A stretch of DNA of 64,000 bases. It comes from a virus. Positions 9,129 to 19,816 of the stretch are shown here, piece after piece; within the stretch, counting starts at the first letter, position 1; every line of letters begins with the position of its first letter. The stretch is taken from positions 1 through 64,000 of the IMG/VR virus record IMGVR_UViG_3300044612_001159; one strand, 5' to 3'. The notes below the pieces were generated by a model, which saw nothing but the letters and a program-made list of their open reading frames with translations, ran no database searches and was not told where the DNA came from. A program made the translations under genes and the position numbers.

Positions 9129-10748
9129 TTACTTCAAAAGAGTTCCGATAACAGCAACTGTTGAGTTGTTGTTAAGGGTTGCGACACGAAGACGAACATC
9201 GTTGCCAGAAACATCTGCTGAAACTGATCCAAGATCACCGTTTGTTCCAACCATTGCGTATTCTGTGATTGCGATATTATCTGATGTGTCAAGTGTCAAG
9301 ATAACTTTTGAAACCTCTGTATGAGATCCGTTAGCAATCTTAACAAGGAATTCGGCAGAACGATAGTTTGCCTTGGCCCATGAAACTGCTGTGTTTGTGC
9401 TTGCAGTAGGAACAGATGCTTCTGCTGCTACCTGCTTTGCTACAGAGGCAATCTCTACTGCAGGGAAATCTGGAGTTACTGCTTCAAGAGCAGAAACTGC
9501 ACGAGCATCTGTGAAGTAAAGGTTTGTTCCTTCTACAAGGTCAGTTGTTGTAGAATCTGCAACACCGTTTTCTGCGGTAATTGTAAGATTGTTTGATCCG
9601 TCCTTTGTGATTACAATGTTTGTCTTTGTTGCATTTGCAAGAAGCGTTGCTGCTTCTGCCTTTGCACGAGCATCAGTGTAATAAAGGTTTGAACCTTCTG
9701 CTACATCGTCTGTATCAAGTGCTGCAATAGTTCCATTTATTGTTGAAGCAAGTCCATCTGCATATGTCTTAGCATCTGCTTCTGCTGTGTCAGCGTATGA
9801 CTGATAAGCAGTTGTAATTGCTGTCTCACGAGTATCTGTATATGCTTTTGCGTCAACTTCAGCCTGATCTGCATATGCATTAGCATCTGCCTCTGCTGCA
9901 TCAACATATTGCTTTGTTGCTGCACCAAGGTTTGCTGATGGATCTGCTGAAAGGACAAGAAGTCCAGTCATTGTATCGCCAGCCTTAGAAACCTTTTCTC
10001 CTACTGAAGTAGCGAGGTTTGCTGCAAAGTTGGCGTCATCGCCAATTGCTGCAGCCAATTCGTTGAGTGTATCAAGAAGTGCTGGTGCAGAATCTACAAG
10101 ATCTGCAACCTTTTGATCAGCATAAGCCTTTGCGTCTGATTCTGCTGTATCTGCATATGATTGATATGCTGTTGTAATAGCAGTCTCACGAGTATCTGTG
10201 TAAGCCTTTGCATCTGCTTCTGCAGTATCTGCATAAGACTTAAGAGAAGCATCAAGTGAAGAAATTTCTCCATCTGTGTAATCATTTGCATCTTCAAGTG
10301 CTGCGTTAGCCTTTGAAGTAGCATCTGCTGCTGCGTCTGCAATTGCTTCTCCCTTAGCGGTAGCAACTTCTGCATCTGTTGCAAATGAACCATTTAGGGT
10401 TGTAGAAATTTGTACATTTTGTGTACCATTAAAATTAACTTGACCAGTTACATCACCAGTAAGTTCAATTGTGCGAGAAGCCTCAAGCGCTGTTGCTGTA
10501 TCTGCATTACCAGTTACATCACCAACGAGGTCTGCTGTTACTACTCCCGCTGCAAAGTTGCCAGAAGCATCACGCTTTACAACCTTGTTTGCTTCGTTTT
10601 CTGAGGTGGCTGTTCCACCAATTAAATTGACGATATAGTTTTGATCGTCTGTCTTCTTTGTAAGAACGTCAAAATTGTTTACTGTTGCTGTTGTGCCTTC
10701 GACAATGAGACCATTCTTTACTTTAAAGTCTTTTGTTACTGTTGCCAT
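9129..10748 (-). CDS. tail fibre shaft-like coiled-coil protein
   Basis: A.AYAD repeats, APALLDTLNELAAA, TDD..EG.NLY.T.AR repeats. Confidence 0.7.
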   Translation of the reverse strand: MATVTKDFKVKNGLIVEGTTATVNNFDVLTKKTDDQNYIVNLIGGTATSENEANKVVKRDASGNFAAGVVTADLVGDVTGNADTATALEASRTIELTGDVTGQVNFNGTQNVQISTTLNGSFATDAEVATAKGEAIADAAADATSKANAALEDANDYTDGEISSLDASLKSYADTAEADAKAYTDTRETAITTAYQSYADTAESDAKAYADQKVADLVDSAPALLDTLNELAAAIGDDANFAANLATSVGEKVSKAGDTMTGLLVLSADPSANLGAATKQYVDAAEADANAYADQAEVDAKAYTDTRETAITTAYQSYADTAEADAKTYADGLASTINGTIAALDTDDVAEGSNLYYTDARAKAEAATLLANATKTNIVITKDGSNNLTITAENGVADSTTTDLVEGTNLYFTDARAVSALEAVTPDFPAVEIASVAKQVAAEASVPTASTNTAVSWAKANYRSAEFLVKIANGSHTEVSKVILTLDTSDNIAITEYAMVGTNGDLGSVSADVSGNDVRLRVATLNNNSTVAVIGTLLK

Positions 10749-10764
10749 TTTTTTATCTCCTTAG

Positions 10765-11211
10765 TTATGCCTTAAGTCCAATTCGTGCATAACGAACTGT
10801 GACTGGCTTAATCGCAGGATCTGGAGTAACCGTTAAGGATACTGTATTTCCAGCCCTGGAGACGCTAATGGTGCCAATATTCCCATCATTGTCTATCGTG
10901 CCATACTCAGAGACGTTTACATTTGTACCGTCTACAAGTATGGTCAACTCTGTTGCGTAGAATTTATTGTCCCCTGCTGTTGTCTTAGCAATAGAAACAA
11001 TATATTTAATCATTCGCCATTCTGTGGCGTCAAAATTATCAATTACTGTGGCATTTTCAATACCAGAAATTGTATTTTCATTATTACCCATTGAACCAAG
11101 GTCGGTTGAACGGGCTGAGGCAGAATCAATTAAGTCCTCATAGTCTTGCTGCGTGGGGCGATCCCCAGTCTCAAACTTTGTCTTTAGATTAGGTATTGAT
11201 ATCTTGGCCAT
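10765..11211 (-). CDS. virion structural protein
   Basis: LK..FETGDRPTQQDY.DLIDS; C-terminus resembles that of the 9129 protein. Confidence 0.55.
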   Translation of the reverse strand: MAKISIPNLKTKFETGDRPTQQDYEDLIDSASARSTDLGSMGNNENTISGIENATVIDNFDATEWRMIKYIVSIAKTTAGDNKFYATELTILVDGTNVNVSEYGTIDNDGNIGTISVSRAGNTVSLTVTPDPAIKPVTVRYARIGLKA

Positions 11212-11234
11212 GGTGATATTATAACTCCTTTTTA

Positions 11235-11483
11235 TTATAAAATATAATTGCTATATCCTATAATTTGCAACGGTATTGGGGGTGGATTATTCTTAGAATA
11301 CCCAAACACGCTAACATTAATAAACTGAACACGAAAAGGCAAAACCTCTTCTATTTTTGCTTTTGGTTGTATATAGTTAATTCTGACATATTTTTTGTCT
11401 AACTCTTTTATTTGAGCATGTGCTACTTTGTGAGTTGTATTATAGACTTGTTCACTTATTGGAAGTAAATTTTGATTGATCAT
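11235..11483 (-). CDS. hypothetical protein
   Basis: ORF in structural operon. Confidence 0.5.
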   Translation of the reverse strand: MINQNLLPISEQVYNTTHKVAHAQIKELDKKYVRINYIQPKAKIEEVLPFRVQFINVSVFGYSKNNPPPIPLQIIGYSNYIL

Positions 11484-11869
11484 TGTGTAACATCTTCAAG
11501 GATAACCATAGAACCTTTGGCTACCGTCCAGACTCTTCCCTCAGACAAAAGTTCTGTGAGTTGAATATCAAAGATATCTCCTGTCTCTAAAAGTTCTGAT
11601 TGTGAAGATGTTAGGTTTACCGTGAAACTTCCTTCTGTGTCTTGAAATTCAATTGGCTCTGGCAATAATGTAACAATTACATCATCAGTTGATGGACGAT
11701 AAATATCCATCTTAATTTCCCAGTCTTCTAAATATAATGGCTCTCTTGCATCATTTGTTACATATACTCTAAATGCTGCAGAGTCTCCTCTAACTACCGT
11801 CCAACGTACCTCTGGTGGTGCTGCGCCAAGAGCGTAAGAATCTGTGGGTTGATTTCTGAAGGTAGCCAT
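11480..11869 (-). CDS. BppU-N-like baseplate/fibre adaptor protein
   Basis: RGD...F; FDIQ; G...I.EDVT pattern shared with the 19327 and 22132 genes. Confidence 0.5.
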   Translation of the reverse strand: MATFRNQPTDSYALGAAPPEVRWTVVRGDSAAFRVYVTNDAREPLYLEDWEIKMDIYRPSTDDVIVTLLPEPIEFQDTEGSFTVNLTSSQSELLETGDIFDIQLTELLSEGRVWTVAKGSMVILEDVTQ

Positions 11870-11881
11870 AATTGTATTATA

Positions 11882-12454
11882 TCACGACAACCCGTCTTTA
11901 AGGGCTCCCCATGTTCCGTTTCCTTTTGTCTGAACAACAATCATACCGCCATTTGGTTTTGTTGCTTGGATTGCAACTACGCCAACATATCTTGCTGGTC
12001 CAGTTGAGGGTCTTCCTCCAATAATGTTTCCAGTTTCGTTTATATAAATTTTTGTTCCAGCAGGACCAAACTCAGTTGTGTTAATTTGTATAATTCCAGA
12101 TACTACAGCGATTCCATCTCCACCATTTGCACCTGCAGGAAGCATGTCTGCTTGCAATAAACCAAGGATTGGGAAATTTGGATTGTGATCAACACTTGAT
12201 GGATTATATCTTTGCACAAGTGGTTTTAATTTTCCATCATGTGAAATGCTACCAGAAATAAACACTGGTGTTCCTGCGGGTAGTGTAAGAGAAGAACTTG
12301 CATTTCTTACAGGAGAAGCAACACTTGTCATTCCAAGCGGTGGAAGAATATTGTTCAAAGCATCAACTAATACTTTAAAATCTCCGTGTACATTAACGGG
12401 ATCTGAAGCAAGCGGGTACTTCATAGTAGGATAATTAGATGAACCTTGTGGCAT
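11882..12454 (-). CDS. virion structural protein (putative)
   Basis: YP..SDPVNVHGD..L N-terminus typical of actinophage minor tail proteins. Confidence 0.5.
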   Translation of the reverse strand: MPQGSSNYPTMKYPLASDPVNVHGDFKVLVDALNNILPPLGMTSVASPVRNASSSLTLPAGTPVFISGSISHDGKLKPLVQRYNPSSVDHNPNFPILGLLQADMLPAGANGGDGIAVVSGIIQINTTEFGPAGTKIYINETGNIIGGRPSTGPARYVGVVAIQATKPNGGMIVVQTKGNGTWGALKDGLS

Positions 12455-12557
12455 AATCTTTATTATACCACCCTATCAAGTTGACTTTTGACATAATTTT
12501 GTGTTATACTAGGTAGTAACACCTACCAAGGTGTTATTGTTTTCTAAGGAGGAAACT

Positions 12558-13121
12558 ATGATTAAATTTATCGAAAGAAACAAAGAGATCATTAGCACAC
12601 TCAGTATATTGGCTTTAGTAGTGACTTTATCGAATGCTGCTAATGCTGAAGAAATAACAACTAAGAACAATTTAAGTACTGAACAGGCTCAGAAGACAGA
12701 AGATACCTCGAAAGAGGTTTTTTTGGTTTCTAAGGCTAAAAAATTAGAGAGTTTTGAAAATAAAACTTCTCTTACAGATATTGAACTAAAGCAACTCCTA
12801 CACCTTGTTGGTTTTAGGGGTCAAGACTTGGTTGTAGCCTGGGCTATCGCCAAGAAGGAATCTAATGGTCGCCCACTTGCATTTAATGGCAACCATAAGA
12901 CTGGAGACTCTTCTTATGGGGTCTTTCAAATTAATATGATTGATAACTTGGGTCCAGACCGTAGAACTAGGTTTGATTTGGACTCTAATGCTGAACTATT
13001 CAATCCCGTAAAAAATGCAGAAATTGCATACTATATGTCACAAGGTGGTGACGACTGGTCTTCTTGGAAAGGCATTACTCCAAGAACTAAAGAGTGGATG
13101 AAGAAATTTCCACGTAACTAA
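12558..13121 (+). CDS. secreted lysozyme-like lytic transglycosylase
   Basis: N-terminal hydrophobic segment; AIAKKES.G, GVFQIN, NP..NA..A, W..W; own promoter and GGAGG RBS. Confidence 0.8.
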   Translation: MIKFIERNKEIISTLSILALVVTLSNAANAEEITTKNNLSTEQAQKTEDTSKEVFLVSKAKKLESFENKTSLTDIELKQLLHLVGFRGQDLVVAWAIAKKESNGRPLAFNGNHKTGDSSYGVFQINMIDNLGPDRRTRFDLDSNAELFNPVKNAEIAYYMSQGGDDWSSWKGITPRTKEWMKKFPRN

Positions 13122-14065
13122 TTTATAACAATTTGTCTCAGTTCTTGATGGTTATACATCCAATGCGGTGTGTTTCCATCAAAGAACTGGACATCAACTT
13201 CTTCAAACTTATCATTTCTTCCATATATAGATTGACGATCCATTACTGGACTGTAGATTTTTGCCGTTGGGGATAGAAAACAAGCCCACCAACTAAAACT
13301 ACTGTTTGCACGAAAAACAGTTCTAGCAAAATAAATCTTTAAAAAATCTTCAAGCCAATCAAATATTTTATCTTCTTTATAAGTTGATCCTACTGGATAA
13401 GACCAGCCAAACCTTTCTGATTTTGGTCTATCCTTATGCCATTTATTTATATAATCATCAGACACCCAAATTATTTTTTCTGGATCAAATCCTCTTTGTT
13501 TAAAAGCATTTAAATACGAATTCATAGAAATTACCGAATAGCCTTGAACATTATTCTTATTAAAATCTGGATTAGAGATATCGTCTCTTCTCAAATGAGC
13601 CAAATCATATGTTCCTTGAAGCGCTGACCAATATTTATAAGATTCAGTATTTTTTACTTCATCAGAAAACTCAAACACATCTAGCAAATGATTTTTTAAC
13701 ATTGGATAATAAATATCGTTTCCATAAGCACAAACGCTATCAAAATATACTGGATAATCATACTTTAAATAATTTTCTGGGCTTTGCTCTGGATTAATTA
13801 ATTTAATATTTTTAAAAGAATTATCTAGTACATTTTTAATTCTGTCTGGATTATTTGCACCAGGAAAACTCTGATTAAGTTCAAACCTAACATTATCGTT
13901 TTCCAATACTCTGTGGTGTTGATTTTTAAATAGTCTGGTTCCTTCCCAATCAGACGGCAACAAAAACTCAGTTCCAGTTACCCTAGAATATGTTGCTCCG
14001 TAGGCATATTGATGCATTCTGTTGCCAAACCTGCCATGCCAATGGGATAGGAGGATAAAACTCAT
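13118..14065 (-). CDS. GT11-like (alpha-1,2-fucosyltransferase family) glycosyltransferase
   Basis: GRFGNRMHQYA, HLRRDD, VSDD, NSSFSWW motifs. Confidence 0.8.
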   Translation of the reverse strand: MSFILLSHWHGRFGNRMHQYAYGATYSRVTGTEFLLPSDWEGTRLFKNQHHRVLENDNVRFELNQSFPGANNPDRIKNVLDNSFKNIKLINPEQSPENYLKYDYPVYFDSVCAYGNDIYYPMLKNHLLDVFEFSDEVKNTESYKYWSALQGTYDLAHLRRDDISNPDFNKNNVQGYSVISMNSYLNAFKQRGFDPEKIIWVSDDYINKWHKDRPKSERFGWSYPVGSTYKEDKIFDWLEDFLKIYFARTVFRANSSFSWWACFLSPTAKIYSPVMDRQSIYGRNDKFEEVDVQFFDGNTPHWMYNHQELRQIVIN

Positions 14066-14072
14066 GAACTAA

Positions 14073-15089
14073 TTATATCTTAGTCTTTATCCAATTATAT
14101 GTTTTTGTAATACCATCTTTTAATGATATAGAATAGTCCCATTGAAGTTTTTCTCTGACTAGATCGTTATTTGAGTTTCTGCCACGAACACCAGTTGGAC
14201 CATCTACATGCTTTTTACTTAAAGTCTTGCTCTCAACTGATGAGGCAATGTCAACAAGATCATTTATAGTTACCATTTCTTCGGATCCAATATTGACTGG
14301 ACCAGTAAAATCAGACTTCATTAGTCTTCTTGTTGCCTCTATGCATTCGTCTATATACAGAAATGAACGAGTTTGCTCTCCATCCCCCCAAATTTCTATA
14401 GAGTCTGTTCCAATAATAACTTTTCTACAAATTGCTGCAGGAGCCTTTTCTCTACCGCCGTTCCATGTTCCTTCTGGGCCATAGATATTATGATATCTTG
14501 CAACTGCAACTGGAATATTGTAGTTTTTGTTAAATGCTAAGAACAGTCTCTCGCTAAATAATTTTTCCCATCCGTACTCGCTGTCAGGATTTGCTGGGTA
14601 TGCATCTGATTCTTTAAGTCCAGGATTATCTGTAGACTCTTGAATATGGGAGGGATACATGCATGCAGAACTACTGTAAAAAATTTTTGTTTTGTTTACA
14701 TTATTTTTTTGATTTAATCTTAGTTGTGCTCTTAATAAGTTAAGATTAATCAATGCAGAATTTTCCATTATGTTTGCATCATTTTCACCTGTAAAAATAT
14801 ATCCTGCTCCGCCCATATCTGCAGCAAACTGATATATCTCATCAAAAGTATCTATAAACTTTGGTGCCAAGTCTACATAAAAATTTCCCTGATATCCTTT
14901 AAATTGAATTACTTTTTCCATATTAGAATATTCAGAAAGATCTCTAATTATAAACTCATCTGCTTTTGTTTCAGAAAATTCTGGATTTTTTATATCAACT
15001 CCACGAACCCAGTATCCTTCCGACTTAAGTCTTTTGACCATGTGGGATCCTATAAACCCCCCTGCACCAAAAACTAAAGCAGTCTTCAT
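14073..15089 (-). CDS. NAD-dependent epimerase, GDP-mannose 3,5-epimerase-like
   Basis: GAGGFIG, AADMGGAGYI, YSSSACMYP, YGWEK, REKAPAAICRK, GVRGRNS. Confidence 0.85.
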   Translation of the reverse strand: MKTALVFGAGGFIGSHMVKRLKSEGYWVRGVDIKNPEFSETKADEFIIRDLSEYSNMEKVIQFKGYQGNFYVDLAPKFIDTFDEIYQFAADMGGAGYIFTGENDANIMENSALINLNLLRAQLRLNQKNNVNKTKIFYSSSACMYPSHIQESTDNPGLKESDAYPANPDSEYGWEKLFSERLFLAFNKNYNIPVAVARYHNIYGPEGTWNGGREKAPAAICRKVIIGTDSIEIWGDGEQTRSFLYIDECIEATRRLMKSDFTGPVNIGSEEMVTINDLVDIASSVESKTLSKKHVDGPTGVRGRNSNNDLVREKLQWDYSISLKDGITKTYNWIKTKI

Positions 15090-15700
15090 TATCTTAGCCA
15101 ACTCACAACAGAATACCTTGTTCCTTCTTGTACTGGAAGAACGGAGTGATTATATACATAAGTTGATGGGAAAATAACCATTTGGTTTGCCTTTGGTTTT
15201 AGAGTAACATTAAATCTTGGGAAAAACAGTTCTCCTCCAGAGTAATTGTCATTTATGTAATAAAGGGTAGATATTCTTCTATGATATTCTGGATGATCGT
15301 CTATATGATTAACAAATTTTTGACCAACTCCGTATTTTAAAATACCATAAACATCATGCCATGTTGTAAATATTCCATAATTGTTTTTATAATCATTTTC
15401 TAATGGACCAAAACTTTCTAAAAAAATATTAGACAAACTATTTTGAAATGCATCTATTAGATTTGTATGATCATTTACTATGGTATCAGAATAACGAATT
15501 CCAATCTTCATTGTATCTCTTTTGGTTTGATCTGTTTGTTCCACATCACCATTTTCTTTTCTTCCAGAATAAACACCTGCCAAACTCCATTGAATATTTG
15601 CAGACTTCATTCCTTCCTCTATATCATCAACTAGCGTTTCTGAGTCTTTTATAACATTATCATAAATCATAATTCCTGGAGCAATTTCATTTTTTATCAT
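15089..15700 (-). CDS. 2OG-Fe(II) oxygenase (P4H-like)
   Basis: HID, YINDNYSGGEL.F, FPS.Y.Y.H, RYS.V.W. Confidence 0.9.
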   Translation of the reverse strand: MIKNEIAPGIMIYDNVIKDSETLVDDIEEGMKSANIQWSLAGVYSGRKENGDVEQTDQTKRDTMKIGIRYSDTIVNDHTNLIDAFQNSLSNIFLESFGPLENDYKNNYGIFTTWHDVYGILKYGVGQKFVNHIDDHPEYHRRISTLYYINDNYSGGELFFPRFNVTLKPKANQMVIFPSTYVYNHSVLPVQEGTRYSVVSWLR

Positions 15701-15701
15701 A

Positions 15702-15938
15702 TTACCACTTTCCTAATGGACAGGTTGCTGCCTGTAATTTAGTCTTAACAGCCATAAAGCAGCCACACTTTTTGCACTGTTTTGTTAATTTGATCAATTC
15801 TGGACATGACTGACAAATAGAGTATCTATTTACGGCTATTTCAGAAGAGGCCCACTCAGTTGTTGGATTAACCAAATCCCAAGGTCTGGTTTCTCCTAAA
15901 TTTTCTTTATATTTTTGCCAGGCAGATTTTTCATTCAT
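15702..15938 (-). CDS. small Cys-rich protein
   Basis: RYSICQSC...QCKKCGCFM..KT.L...CPLGKW. Confidence 0.7.
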   Translation of the reverse strand: MNEKSAWQKYKENLGETRPWDLVNPTTEWASSEIAVNRYSICQSCPELIKLTKQCKKCGCFMAVKTKLQAATCPLGKW

Positions 15939-15945
15939 GAAAAAA

Positions 15946-16152
15946 TCACCCTTCTATAAAATTAGTTCCATCCCATTTCCAACCTAAATTAACATTCAGA
16001 TCAGACGGAATTTCAATAAATGTTGGTTGAGAACTAAGTCCAGCGATTATTCTTTCTCCTGCTTCGCCATCTTCTCCTTGATACTCGCTATCAATTACAA
16101 ATATTGTAAAAATATCTCCATCAACAATTCCTGCAAACTTTTTAATTGACAT
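15946..16152 (-). CDS. hypothetical protein (fibre-associated)
   Basis: GW.WDG..F C-terminus; GGAGG RBS. Confidence 0.55.
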   Translation of the reverse strand: MSIKKFAGIVDGDIFTIFVIDSEYQGEDGEAGERIIAGLSSQPTFIEIPSDLNVNLGWKWDGTNFIEG

Positions 16153-16194
16153 AACTACCTCCCTTTAAATAAAGTATACCATAATCAAAGCAAA

Positions 16195-18711
16195 TTAGTA
16201 AGCGCAACTAGATCCAGTCCAGAATCCACCACTATTTACACAGGATGTACAGTTACTGCATGCCACCGATGTTGCTGTATATTCTGGGCAGGCAGCACAT
16301 TGATTTGCTGGTGTCGGAGTTGGGCTAGGTGTAGGCGTTGGAGTTGGGGTAGGCGTTGGCGTTGGGGTTGGAGTTGGAGTTGGGGTAGGAGTTGGAGTTG
16401 GGGTAGGAGTAGGTGTTGGGGTTGGTGATGGCGTTGGTGTAAAAGTTGGGAAGAACGGGAAGGACGGTGGGAAGAACGGGAAGGACGGGAAGAATGGTGG
16501 TGCAGGTGTAGGTGTCGGAGTTGTCCATGGTGTTGTCGAGCATTCTCCAAATGTTGTTGAATAATAATATCCGCAAGCCTGGCATTGAGACTGGTTATAG
16601 GCCCATGCATTGTCTGGGCTACATGTTGGTGTCGGAGTCGGTGTCGGAGTTGGTGTCGGAGTTGGTGTTGGTGTTGGTGTTGGTGTTGGTGTTGGTGTTG
16701 GGGTACAAGGAACACTCTGGAAGTATTCTCCACAACTTCCATTTGCATAAACACCAATTCTACTTCCATTAGAACATGGAGAATCCCAAGCAATAAATGT
16801 TCCAGAAGGTGGGCACGTTGAAGTTGGAGTAGGTGTTGGAGTTGGTGTAGGGGTAGGTGTAGGGGTAGGTGTTGGAGTTGGTGTTGTCCATGGTATTGTT
16901 GAACATTCACCAAATGTTGTTGAGTAGTAATATCCGCAAGCCTGGCATTGAGACTGGTTATATAAATATGCATTGTCTGGTACGCAACTAGAGGTTGGTG
17001 TTGGGGTAGGTGTTGGGGTAGGTGTTGAGCATCCAAGGCCTATATAAAACTTAATAGAACTTGTTGATCCATCAGAACACTTATACCATGCTTCTTGATA
17101 ATTACTACATCCTGAGCAAGATCCATCTGGACAGGATCCACTATAAACTCCACCTAGAGTTTGTCCATATTGAGATCCACAGGAAACTGTTGTAGTTGGA
17201 GTAGGAGTTGTTGGGGTTGGTGTTGGTGTTGGAGTTGTCGGTGTTGGAGTTGGGGTAGATCCACAATTTGCTGCCGATACTGAAGGCGTGTTTGAATTTC
17301 CTGGAGCACAGTTCCAACCACTTCCAACCTCACCTAAAGCGGTGTGGTACTGTAGTGCTTGTGAGCAAGTTCTTGTGTCGTCAAAATTAGGTCCCATAAC
17401 TGTTCCTGGATCATATCCTGCTCCAACATTAGCACAATATGTATACCAAACTCCAGAAGTTCCTGGAGTAACACATGGAGTTGTTCCAGCACCGCCACTA
17501 CCTCCACAAGAACTTACGTTAGTTGCAAGACAGTTTCCAAATCCAAGGAATGTTCCAGTCCCTGGTGCTGCTTCAACACAAACTTGGTATGAGCCATCGG
17601 AGCATGTTTTTCTTGTTCCTTGGAAAATTCCTTCATAAGAGTCCTCACCATTACATGTTGGAATTGTTACTGTATATGCTTCACATGGTCCACAGGTGAC
17701 TGTTTCTGTTGGTGTAGGAGTTGTTGGGGTTGGAGTTGGTGTTGTTGGGGTTGGAGTAGGAGTTGTTGGGGTTGGTGTTGTTGGGGTTGGAGTAGGAGTT
17801 GTTGGGGTTGGAGTAGGCGTTGGGGTTGGAGTAGGCGTTGGGGTTGGTGTTGGTGTTGGTGTTGGAGTTGGAGTAGGCGTTGGTGTTGGTGTTGGAGTTG
17901 GAGTTGGAGTTGTAGGCGTTGCCACACCTTCATAGATATCTCCGTATAAAACCCACGAGTCGGTATCTACTTTTATTAATGTTGCTTTGCCGTATTCTGC
18001 ATCAATCCATTTTTGATTATTTTTACTATTTACCATTACTCCGCTTGCTGGGCTAAATAATGTTCTTCCATAATTAAACTGTATAAAATTATATTGATAT
18101 CCTATAGGAATTTGTACAGAGGTATTGTTTGGAACAGTTACAGTCACTGTTACTGGTGGATTTGGGTCACCAGGAATTGGAGATATAACTGGTCCTGAAT
18201 ATGAAAGCAATATAGTTTTTGCAACATCACCAAGTTCTAATGTAAAATTATTATCTTTTGTTATTACTGTATTTATATTTGCAATTCTTGGCTCAAGATC
18301 AAACTGTTCATCAACAGAATTCCAATCAATACCATTTCCTGCAAGGGCTGGGTATCCTCCAGTAGCACCACTTATTGCATTAGTTATTGCTGTATTAACA
18401 AATGATTGCGTTGCTAAATCTGCTGTATTTGATATACCGTGGACATCTGTGGTATCTGAGTTGTGTGCTGAAATTGCTGCATTTCTATTTACTATTTCTG
18501 CAGCATCTGCATCTACAAGATTTTGAAGGTGTTTTGCAATTGACGGGGTAACAAGATTATTGGGGTTTGTATTTGCCCCATCATAAACATATGATCCATA
18601 GTGATATAGTCTTAAGGCTGCCTGAATGTCGGCTGCGTCTGAAAGACCTGGAATTTTAGTATTGAAGAGTCCACTACCGTTGACGGTATTATCGATATTC
18701 TCTTCTGCCAC
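16195..18711 (-). CDS. 838-aa fibre-like protein with Cys-rich modules separated by (PT)n linkers
   Basis: N-terminal third shares motifs with the 6810 fibre; several PT tracts; duplicated [21 protein letters not shown] module; short PFFP tract. Confidence 0.8.
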   Translation of the reverse strand: MAEENIDNTVNGSGLFNTKIPGLSDAADIQAALRLYHYGSYVYDGANTNPNNLVTPSIAKHLQNLVDADAAEIVNRNAAISAHNSDTTDVHGISNTADLATQSFVNTAITNAISGATGGYPALAGNGIDWNSVDEQFDLEPRIANINTVITKDNNFTLELGDVAKTILLSYSGPVISPIPGDPNPPVTVTVTVPNNTSVQIPIGYQYNFIQFNYGRTLFSPASGVMVNSKNNQKWIDAEYGKATLIKVDTDSWVLYGDIYEGVATPTTPTPTPTPTPTPTPTPTPTPTPTPTPTPTPTPTPTPTTPTPTPTTPTPTTPTPTPTTPTPTPTTPTPTETVTCGPCEAYTVTIPTCNGEDSYEGIFQGTRKTCSDGSYQVCVEAAPGTGTFLGFGNCLATNVSSCGGSGGAGTTPCVTPGTSGVWYTYCANVGAGYDPGTVMGPNFDDTRTCSQALQYHTALGEVGSGWNCAPGNSNTPSVSAANCGSTPTPTPTTPTPTPTPTTPTPTTTVSCGSQYGQTLGGVYSGSCPDGSCSGCSNYQEAWYKCSDGSTSSIKFYIGLGCSTPTPTPTPTPTSSCVPDNAYLYNQSQCQACGYYYSTTFGECSTIPWTTPTPTPTPTPTPTPTPTPTPTSTCPPSGTFIAWDSPCSNGSRIGVYANGSCGEYFQSVPCTPTPTPTPTPTPTPTPTPTPTPTPTPTCSPDNAWAYNQSQCQACGYYYSTTFGECSTTPWTTPTPTPAPPFFPSFPFFPPSFPFFPTFTPTPSPTPTPTPTPTPTPTPTPTPTPTPTPTPTPTPTPSPTPTPANQCAACPEYTATSVACSNCTSCVNSGGFWTGSSCAY

Positions 18712-18730
18712 TATAAATCACCTCTCGCCA

Positions 18731-19327
18731 TTATACCACTGTAATAAACAAATGAACACGCTTAGGACCAGCCATTGGCTGCCAGGCGTTATCAATATAT
18801 TCTACACCCTTTATTTCAAGTGGTAATGCCAAAAACCCCTGGCTGGTAATTAAATCTTTTATTATAAGATTTGTAGCCAAAGGCCCAGAGGAATCTGATG
18901 ACGATATGGAATACTGAACATTAAAAACCTGAGATGTTGCAGATGTGATACCAGAAGAGCCGTATATCTCTGCTACATTTATTGGGGGTACTGTAAGTGT
19001 TCCATTAACAGCAGTAACATCTTTAATAGATGAATAATAGTTTGTTTTTAAACTAACAAGTGGTGTCCACTGTAATGAACCTCCACTAGAAACTTTTTGA
19101 AAAACTGTTTTATACGTTGTAGATGCTGGCTGATAATCTATAGCAATATCTAGGGCCTGGGTATCTTGAACAATTGTAGAAGCAACATTTGCATCTCTGG
19201 GGTCTCCAAGTACTCCAATAATTATGCTACCACGATCTCCTTGTGGGCCAATATCTAGGTCTAAACTTATGCTTTCTGGACCACCAAAAATTGTTAAATC
19301 GTCATTAGATAAAAGTATATCTGCCAT
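18731..19327 (-). CDS. virion-associated hypothetical protein
   Basis: GPQGDRGS; structural context. Confidence 0.5.
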   Translation of the reverse strand: MADILLSNDDLTIFGGPESISLDLDIGPQGDRGSIIIGVLGDPRDANVASTIVQDTQALDIAIDYQPASTTYKTVFQKVSSGGSLQWTPLVSLKTNYYSSIKDVTAVNGTLTVPPINVAEIYGSSGITSATSQVFNVQYSISSSDSSGPLATNLIIKDLITSQGFLALPLEIKGVEYIDNAWQPMAGPKRVHLFITVV

Positions 19328-19809
19328 TATGCACCTGGCTGAGTAGCAGAAGTAGCACCAGTAACCTGATCTGTAACAGTTATTGTACCTGTAAGTAAGG
19401 TTTGAACAACTTCATATTGACCACTTCCTGGTAATCCTGCTGGCTTTCTAACTTCGACGTCATAAACATATTCTGTTCCCGCAACCAATTGATTTCCCTC
19501 TGCTGGTCTAATTGCACATTGAACAAAGGTATTATCATCCGATACTCTAGCAAAACATTTAATTGGAACTGCTGGCTGTACAACTCCATTAACGGTCCTT
19601 GTTGCACCACGAAATTCTGCAATAGTAAACTGTGCACTATCGTATGGTGCTGTAGTATCCGTTACATCATCTGGGTTATTTGCAAAATTAGTTGGCACAT
19701 AAAATTGGCTTAAGTCAAAAACCGTACCATCATTCTTTTTAGGATAGATACGAAACTCAAAGGTGTCACCCTTATAATAGTTAAAGTCATAGGTCGATGG
19801 AAATGCCAT
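19327..19809 (-). CDS. BppU-N-like adaptor protein
   Basis: KGDTF, YVYDVE, LLTGTITV..QVT. Confidence 0.5.
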   Translation of the reverse strand: MAFPSTYDFNYYKGDTFEFRIYPKKNDGTVFDLSQFYVPTNFANNPDDVTDTTAPYDSAQFTIAEFRGATRTVNGVVQPAVPIKCFARVSDDNTFVQCAIRPAEGNQLVAGTEYVYDVEVRKPAGLPGSGQYEVVQTLLTGTITVTDQVTGATSATQPGA

Positions 19810-19816
19810 GCAATTA

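Noticed and set aside
16236-17949. Gln/His-, Val/Gly- and Trp/Cys-rich alternative ORFs
   Set aside because: Frame shadows of the PT repeats.
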